DNA from: Clostridia bacterium
Lineage (GTDB): Bacteria; Bacillota; Clostridia; JAAYHZ01
Assembly (NCBI GenBank): GCA_050950825.1
Contig: JBMNIH010000010.1
Coordinates: forward strand, 128,001-192,000
Reading direction: 5' to 3'
Length of the DNA: 64,000 nt
Shown: piece by piece, positions 58,055 to 64,000 of the stretch
How the letters are laid out: each line of letters begins with the position of its first letter
Position numbering within the stretch: position 1 is the stretch's first letter
The notes under the pieces: model-generated
What the model was told of the DNA's origin: nothing
Seen by the model: only the letters and a program-made list of their open reading frames with translations
The model's database searches: none
Translations under genes and position numbers: made by a program

Positions 58055-59133
58055 GCAGCCAATGGGGTCAAAAATTGAAAATATTTTTATTCGGGGAATC
58101 CCACGGAGACGGAATCGGCGTGGTGATGGACGGTGTTCCGCCCGGCATCAAGCTGGATATGTCTTTTATACGAAGGGAAATGGAAAGGCGGTCCCCGGGA
58201 AGGCACCGATGGTCCACGCAACGTAAGGAAGCGGATGCTCCCGTTATCCTAAGCGGAGTGTACAACGAGCATACCACGGGTACTCCCTTATGCGCCGTTA
58301 TATACAACAAAGACCAAAGATCCCAAGATTACAAAAAGCTTGACCGGATACCGCGGCCCGGCCATGCCGATTACACCGGTTCTATTCGTTATAAGGGGTT
58401 TAACGATCCGAGAGGAGGAGGCCACTTCTCGGGGCGATTGACGGCGCCTTTGGTTTTCGCGGGGGCCGTAGCCCAGCAAATCTTGCATAAAGAAGGTATA
58501 TACGTAGGCGCCCATATTAACAGAATCGAACAGGTAACGGACCGGGAGATTGACAAGACGAACATTTCCGTGGAAATGATTCAAAATTTAAAAGCGAAGG
58601 ATTTTCCCGTTATGGATGATGAAGCGGGAGAGCAAATGAAGGATAGAATTTTGAACGCCTTCAACGGCTTGGACTCCGTAGGAGGGGAAATTACGACGTT
58701 TGCCGTAGGCGTTCCTGCGGGAATCGGAAGCCCAATTTTCGATGCTTTGGAAAGCAAGATTGCGTCCTTGGTCTTTTCCGTACCGGCGGTAAAAGGTCTT
58801 TCTTTCGGTACCGGATTCGATTTGGCTCTTATGAGAGGAAGCGAGGCGAATGATCCGTTCCGGATGGAAGGAGAAAAGGTTGTTACTTTGACCAACCATA
58901 ACGGAGGCATTTTGGGAGGCATCTCCAACGGTATGCCCATTGTTTTTAAGGCCGTAATCAAGCCCACCGCATCCATTGCCTCCGTTCAAAAGACCGTCAA
59001 TCTTTCCACAGGGGAAAACTGCGATATTTCGATTCACGGAAGGCACGACCCTTGTATTGTGCCGCGAGGAGTACCGGTGATGGAAGCCTGTATGGCTTTG
59101 GCGCTTGCGGATGCGATTTTGTATGAAAGGTAA
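58051..59133 (+). CDS. aroC: chorismate synthase
   Basis: GESHG, RPGHAD, GGGHFSGRLT, NGGILGG, GRHDPCI. Confidence 0.96.
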   Translation: MSSQWGQKLKIFLFGESHGDGIGVVMDGVPPGIKLDMSFIRREMERRSPGRHRWSTQRKEADAPVILSGVYNEHTTGTPLCAVIYNKDQRSQDYKKLDRIPRPGHADYTGSIRYKGFNDPRGGGHFSGRLTAPLVFAGAVAQQILHKEGIYVGAHINRIEQVTDREIDKTNISVEMIQNLKAKDFPVMDDEAGEQMKDRILNAFNGLDSVGGEITTFAVGVPAGIGSPIFDALESKIASLVFSVPAVKGLSFGTGFDLALMRGSEANDPFRMEGEKVVTLTNHNGGILGGISNGMPIVFKAVIKPTASIASVQKTVNLSTGENCDISIHGRHDPCIVPRGVPVMEACMALALADAILYER

Positions 59134-59143
59134 GGGATGATAA

Positions 59144-59980
59144 GTGAAAGTGGGGTATATGGGCGTTCCCGGTTCCTATACCGAGGAAGCGGCCGTCGGT
59201 TATTTCAAAAACGAATACGAATTAACGGGTTATCCGAGTTTTCACGATGTTGTCCATAGGTTGGAAACCAAGGAAATTCGTTACGGGATTCTGGCAATCG
59301 AGAACTCTTCCACCGGAAGCGTTCATCAAACCTTGGATTTAATACGAGAAAAAAACCTCTACATCACGGGAGAAGCCATACAAAAGGTGGAGCATTATTT
59401 AATGGCGGTAAAGGGGTCAAAGCTGTCCATGATCAAAAAGGTGATTTCCCATCCCCAAGGCTTGGAGCAGTGCGGCAGCTATATTCGTAAAAACGGCTGG
59501 GAAATCGGGACCCATGTCAACACCGCCGCTGCGGCAAAAGAAGCGGCTCAAAAAAACGATCCTTACACGGCGGTTATCGCATCGAAACGGGCGGCAAGCA
59601 TTTACGGGTTGGAAATATTGGACGAAAAAATTCAAGACAACAATCATAACTACACGCGATTTGTGGTTTTGTCCGGCACAAAAGAAATCACGGAAGGAGC
59701 GGACAAAATCAGCTTGGTTTTTATCGTAAAAAACGTTCCCGGATCCTTGTATGCCGCCATTCAAGGCTTTGCCGAAAACGGAGTGAACTTGATAAAGCTG
59801 GAATCAAGGCCGATATGGGGCGAGCCTTGGCATTACTTTTTCTTCATGGACTTGGAAGGAAGCTTGGAGGACGAAAGAATTAAAAGAGCCCTTTCCTATT
59901 TGGAGATTCACTGCAAGTCCTATCGAATATTGGGAAACTACAAAAAAGCGTCTTTTTCCATGGAGGTAAAAAATGAATAA
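59144..59980 (+). CDS. pheA: prephenate dehydratase with ACT domain (no chorismate mutase domain)
   Basis: GSYTE, IENSSTG, SHPQ, NYTRF, KLESRP. Confidence 0.93.
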   Translation: MKVGYMGVPGSYTEEAAVGYFKNEYELTGYPSFHDVVHRLETKEIRYGILAIENSSTGSVHQTLDLIREKNLYITGEAIQKVEHYLMAVKGSKLSMIKKVISHPQGLEQCGSYIRKNGWEIGTHVNTAAAAKEAAQKNDPYTAVIASKRAASIYGLEILDEKIQDNNHNYTRFVVLSGTKEITEGADKISLVFIVKNVPGSLYAAIQGFAENGVNLIKLESRPIWGEPWHYFFFMDLEGSLEDERIKRALSYLEIHCKSYRILGNYKKASFSMEVKNE

Positions 59981-60791
59981 CAAATACGGACTTATCGGGT
60001 ATCCTTTAGGCCACAGCTACTCTCCTTGGATACACGATGCCATATTCCGGCTTACCGGTCGGAAAGGAGAATATTCCCTCATCGAGATTACGGAGGATCA
60101 AATCCCTTCCTTTTTTGAAAAGCTGCATCGAAGCGGTTTGGAGGGCTTGAACGTTACCATACCCTACAAGCAAAGGGTCATACCGTACATGGACGAAATG
60201 TCCTCCGAAGCCCAAAGGATCGGTGCCGTAAATACGATTTTGATAAAAGAGGACCGCTTGATCGGGTATAACACCGATTATATCGGATTTATGGAGCTTC
60301 TTTCTACCTTATGCGATGACTTATCCGGTAAAAAGGTGCTGATTCTAGGAGACGGCGGCTCCGCAAGAACGGTATATACCTGTATGTGCGATTTAAAGGT
60401 GTCCGTATGCTATATGGCGTCAAGGAAACCTAAGAAAAGCCGAATGCTTTTTAAGGAAGCATTCGTCATTTCCTATGAGGAGGTATACGATTTGTCGGAC
60501 CTATATTTAACGGTGAATTGTACCCCGGTGGGCATGTATCCGAAGAAAGACGCATCTCCTTTGGATTTGGATAGAATAAAGCCTTTTCCGTATTACGTCG
60601 ATTTAATTTACAACCCTTCCGAGACCTTGCTGATGAAGCATGTGAACCGGACGGGAGGAAAAAGCGTAAACGGACTCTATATGCTGGTGTCTCAAGGCGT
60701 TGCCGCCCAGGAAATATGGACAAACCGGACAATTCCCAAGGATATAACGCAAAAAGTATTTCAAATAATGAAAGAGGAAAAGTCGCTATGA
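59973..60791 (+). CDS. aroE: shikimate dehydrogenase
   Basis: GHSYSP, NVTIPYK, GAVNT, NTD, DLIYNP, GLYMLVSQ. Confidence 0.95.
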   Translation: MNNKYGLIGYPLGHSYSPWIHDAIFRLTGRKGEYSLIEITEDQIPSFFEKLHRSGLEGLNVTIPYKQRVIPYMDEMSSEAQRIGAVNTILIKEDRLIGYNTDYIGFMELLSTLCDDLSGKKVLILGDGGSARTVYTCMCDLKVSVCYMASRKPKKSRMLFKEAFVISYEEVYDLSDLYLTVNCTPVGMYPKKDASPLDLDRIKPFPYYVDLIYNPSETLLMKHVNRTGGKSVNGLYMLVSQGVAAQEIWTNRTIPKDITQKVFQIMKEEKSL

Positions 60792-61222
60792 AAATATTGG
60801 TTTTAAACGGACCGAATTTAAACATGTTGGGTGTGCGAGAGCCGGATATTTACGGAAAAGAAAATTATGCTTCCTTGTGTAAAACGGTGGAGGACGAAGC
60901 GAAAAGATTAGGAATTCAGGTGGATATAAGGCAGAGCAACCATGAAGGTCAGCTGGTGGATTGGATTCAGGAGGCTTTCGGTGTTTTTGACGGAATCGTA
61001 ATCAACCCCGCCGCCTATACCCACTACAGCATTGCCATCTTGGACGCCTTAAAGGCCGTGGGTTTGCCTGCCGTGGAGGTTCACATCAGCGACATCCATA
61101 AAAGGGAAGACTTCCGAAAACATTCCGTCACCGCACCCGCTTGCATCGGGCAGATCAGCGGCAAAGGAATATACGGATATGTTTTAGGCATTCGGATGTT
61201 GTATGACCATATTAACGGATAA
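60788..61222 (+). CDS. aroQ: type II 3-dehydroquinate dehydratase
   Basis: NGPNLNMLG.REP..YG, QSNHEG, INPAAYTH, EVHIS, REDFR. Confidence 0.96.
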   Translation: MKILVLNGPNLNMLGVREPDIYGKENYASLCKTVEDEAKRLGIQVDIRQSNHEGQLVDWIQEAFGVFDGIVINPAAYTHYSIAILDALKAVGLPAVEVHISDIHKREDFRKHSVTAPACIGQISGKGIYGYVLGIRMLYDHING

Positions 61223-61260
61223 AAAGGTGCCGGATTTCTTTTATCCGACACCTTCGCTTT
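61223..61260. terminator. bidirectional terminator between aroQ and fabZ
   Basis: AAGGTGCCGGAT...ATCCGACACCTT stem. Confidence 0.65.
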
Positions 61261-61684
61261 ATTCGGATATGGCAAACATTAAAGAACACTCCGCCACAAG
61301 CTCGCCGTCAACCGTAGCCCTACCATTCCCAATGCCTATGTTTCCCATAATATTTTCGATTTCGGTTTCAAGGATTAACAGGTCTCCGGGAACCACTTTG
61401 CGTACGAATTTGGCGTTTTTTATTCTGCCTAAGAAAGCAAGCTTTCCCTTCATCTCATCCATGGTCATCAGCGCCACCGCTCCGGTCTGGGCGAGGGCCT
61501 CTAAAATCAATACTCCGGGCATCACCTTTACGTCCTTGAAATGACCTGCAAAAAACCACTCGTTTCCGCTGACGGCTTTTCGAGCCGTTGCGGATTTTCC
61601 GACCTTCAGTTGGTCTACGCGATCAATCATTAAAAAAGGTTCTCGGTGAGGCAGTATTTCCTTTATCTGTTCAATTCCAAGCAA
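61259..61684 (-). CDS. fabZ: 3-hydroxyacyl-ACP dehydratase
   Basis: LPHREPFLMIDR, GHF, MPGVLILEALAQ, VVPGD. Confidence 0.96.
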   Translation of the reverse strand: MLGIEQIKEILPHREPFLMIDRVDQLKVGKSATARKAVSGNEWFFAGHFKDVKVMPGVLILEALAQTGAVALMTMDEMKGKLAFLGRIKNAKFVRKVVPGDLLILETEIENIMGNIGIGNGRATVDGELVAECSLMFAISE

Positions 61685-61686
61685 CT

Positions 61687-62922
61687 TTATTCTCCCTTTC
61701 TAATCAAAAGCGTACTGTTGTGCCCCCCGAAGCCGAAGGAATTGGACAAAGCATATTCCGTGTTCATGGGACGAGCTTTGCCTTTGACGTAGTCCAAGTC
61801 GCATCCTTCTCCTTCCTTGATCAAGCCGATAGTAGGAGGAGCCATTCCGGCCTCCAGGGCCTTCACCGTTAGCAACGCTTCGACGGCACCTGCGGCACCC
61901 AGCATATGGGCCGTCATGGACTTGGTGGAGCTGACCAACAGCTTTTTGCTGTGCTCTCCGAAGCATTTTTTAATGGCATTGGTTTCGATAATGTCGTTTA
62001 AAGGAGTTCCGGTACCGTGAGCGTTGATGTAACCTATTTGTTCTTTATCAATGCCGGCTTCTAATATGGCCAACTCCATGGCTCTTGCTGCCCGGATTCC
62101 TTCAGGCATAGGGGCGGTTACGTGGTACGCATCGCATGTTTGACCGAAGCCGACAATTTCACCGTAAATTTTGGCGTTTCGTCTTTTAGCCGATTCTTCG
62201 CTTTCCAGCAACAAGAAAGCCGCTCCTTCTCCCATGACAAAGCCTTGTCGTTCTTCGTCAAAAGGAATGCATGCTCTTTTAGGATCCTTGCTTTCCGATA
62301 ACGCCTGCATTTGATGAAAGCCTTGCACGGCCAAATCCGTTAATACCGCTTCGGATCCTCCCGCCAAAGCGGCATCCAATCGGCCGTCCTTTATGGCGTA
62401 GTAGGCGTGGCCAATGGCATCCGTACCGGAGGAGCATGCCGAAACGACGGCGAAACAAGGTCCTTGCAGCGAAAGCTTGATGGCGATATTCCCCGCAGCA
62501 ATGTTGATGATGCTTTTGGGAATGAAGATAGCCGATACACCGATCGGACCTTGGCTCATCAGCAGGCGGTCTTGTTCGCATATGGTTTCCAAGCCCCCCA
62601 TGCCGCTTCCCAATACGACACCGACACGGTTTTTATCCAAATCGCCGTCATGTATACCGGCGTCATTCCAAGCTTCAAAAGCCGCCGCGAGGGCAAATTG
62701 TGTGAATAAATCCAACCGTTTCGCTTCTCTTTTGCTGACGGGTAAAACCGATTCAAAGTCTTTTACTTCTCCTGCAGCGGTTATACCCGTTTTTTCGGTG
62801 TCAAATTTTGTTGCGACATCGATGCCGCAAACACCTTCTACAGCCGATTGAAATGCGGTACTTGCATTGTTACCGATAGGGCAAACGGTCCCTAAACCGG
62901 TAATCATAACTCGATGCTTCAT
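61687..62922 (-). CDS. fabF: beta-ketoacyl-ACP synthase II
   Basis: SACSSG, DAYHVTAP, NAHGTGT, HMLGAAG, NSFGFGGHN. Confidence 0.95.
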   Translation of the reverse strand: MKHRVMITGLGTVCPIGNNASTAFQSAVEGVCGIDVATKFDTEKTGITAAGEVKDFESVLPVSKREAKRLDLFTQFALAAAFEAWNDAGIHDGDLDKNRVGVVLGSGMGGLETICEQDRLLMSQGPIGVSAIFIPKSIINIAAGNIAIKLSLQGPCFAVVSACSSGTDAIGHAYYAIKDGRLDAALAGGSEAVLTDLAVQGFHQMQALSESKDPKRACIPFDEERQGFVMGEGAAFLLLESEESAKRRNAKIYGEIVGFGQTCDAYHVTAPMPEGIRAARAMELAILEAGIDKEQIGYINAHGTGTPLNDIIETNAIKKCFGEHSKKLLVSSTKSMTAHMLGAAGAVEALLTVKALEAGMAPPTIGLIKEGEGCDLDYVKGKARPMNTEYALSNSFGFGGHNSTLLIRKGE

Positions 62923-62973
62923 ATGATTCATTCTCCTCAATTTCCAATAAAATCACACGCTTACTTCATGCGT

Positions 62974-63708
62974 TTATATAACCATGCCGCCGTCTACGAC
63001 AATCACCTGTCCCGTTATATACGAGGCGGCGTCACTGCACAAAAAAGCTACCACGCCGGCCACATCCGAAGGAGTGCCGAAGCGTTTCAAGGGGATACGG
63101 TCGAGCATATTCTTTTTAATGTCTTCGGGCAAAACATCGGTCATCGGCGTTTGGATGTATCCAGGAGCAACCGTATTAACGCAGATTCCTCTTCGAGCCG
63201 CTTCTTTTGCTACGGATTTACCGAATCCGATTATGGCGGCCTTGGATGCGGCGTAATTGGCTTGCCCGATGTTACCGGTAATGCCTACAACCGACGATAT
63301 GTTGATGATTCGACCTTGCCTTGCTTTCACTAAATGAGAAAGGGCTTCACGAGTGCAGTAAAAGCAGCTGTTCAGATTGGCTTTCATGACTTTTTCGAAT
63401 TGTTCGTCTTCCATTCTCATTAAAAGTGCGTCGTCGGTGATTCCGGCATTGTTAATCAAGGCATATAATCCTCCTAGCTCAAAGACGCAGGATTCCACAA
63501 CATTCTTGCAGTCATCGGATCCGGACAAGTCGCCTTTTAGCAAGGCGGCTCTTCTTCCTAAGCTTCCGATTTCGTTATATAGGCTTTTGGCTTGCTCTTC
63601 ACCGCTTCTGTAGTGGATGCCGATATCAAAACCGGATTTGGCAAGGGTTAATGCGATTTCTCTTCCGATGCCTCCGGATGCGCCGGTAACCAATGCAACC
63701 TTTGTCAA
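62974..63708 (-). CDS. fabG: 3-oxoacyl-ACP reductase
   Basis: [38 protein letters not shown]. Confidence 0.95.
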   Translation of the reverse strand: MTKVALVTGASGGIGREIALTLAKSGFDIGIHYRSGEEQAKSLYNEIGSLGRRAALLKGDLSGSDDCKNVVESCVFELGGLYALINNAGITDDALLMRMEDEQFEKVMKANLNSCFYCTREALSHLVKARQGRIINISSVVGITGNIGQANYAASKAAIIGFGKSVAKEAARRGICVNTVAPGYIQTPMTDVLPEDIKKNMLDRIPLKRFGTPSDVAGVVAFLCSDAASYITGQVIVVDGGMVI

Positions 63709-64000
63709 CTTTCCTCACTTCCTTTACCTTGAATGCGGGACAATTCCAAGAGCATCGCCGCATTCTTTTCGAACAAACGATGATCGAATAAATCTCTCAC
63801 AATCTCCTCGGTGGTCTGTACGGAATCCAAAAGACAGGCGCATTGGCCGGACATGAAGGAACCGTTTTTTAAGTCCCCCTCTAAAACGGCTCTGCGAAGA
63901 GACCCTTCTCCTAATTTTTCGATCTGTTCGGCTCCGTTATCCGTATACTCCAGCTGTAGCATTCTTCTGCATAAGTCGTTACGAAGCAGGCGAACCGGAT
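63705..64000 (-). CDS. fabK: enoyl-ACP reductase FabK, C-terminal part (5' end outside the window)
   Basis: PVRLLRN..., [18 protein letters not shown]; fab operon context. Confidence 0.85.
   Translation of the reverse strand, partial: PVRLLRNDLCRRMLQLEYTDNGAEQIEKLGEGSLRRAVLEGDLKNGSFMSGQCACLLDSVQTTEEIVRDLFDHRLFEKNAAMLLELSRIQGKGSEES

Noticed and set aside
61259-64000. fab operon lacking fabD/acpP/acc genes between fabK and fabZ
   Set aside because: The operon continues beyond the window and gene order in this cluster is variable.

Overview
This 64 kb window is the replication-origin region of a spore-forming Clostridia-type (Firmicutes) chromosome. Left arm (minus strand): rpmH-rnpA-yidD-yidC-jag-mnmE-mnmG-rsmG, two tandem noc paralogues, gyrA and an rRNA operon (16S, tRNA-Ala, partial 23S). 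oriC lies at about 16.6-16.9 kb. Right arm: dnaA-dnaN-recF-remB-gyrB, three parS sites interrupted by an IS1634-family element, and soj-spo0J. Then come an SDR / serine-palmitoyltransferase-like / GT4 operon, a truncated ISLre2, argS, two tRNA-Ser, an accessory stretch (YyaL-like, DeoR, GH51, IS110, DUF1801), a membrane pyrophosphatase, bioY with a BirA operator, a germinant-receptor operon, mgtE, a shikimate/Phe operon and part of a fab operon. The strongest novelty candidates are: (1) a putative (glyco)sphingolipid operon in a Gram-positive anaerobe; (2) an unannotated Phe/Tyr-rich leader-peptide attenuator before the aro operon; (3) an unannotated uORF with mutually exclusive RNA pairings that could gate the mgtE ribosome-binding site; (4) an IS110 inserted into, and rebuilding, a Shine-Dalgarno sequence. 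Several single-base indels, including in essential genes (dnaA, yidC), suggest residual sequencing errors. All calls are by eye, with no database searches or folding runs.
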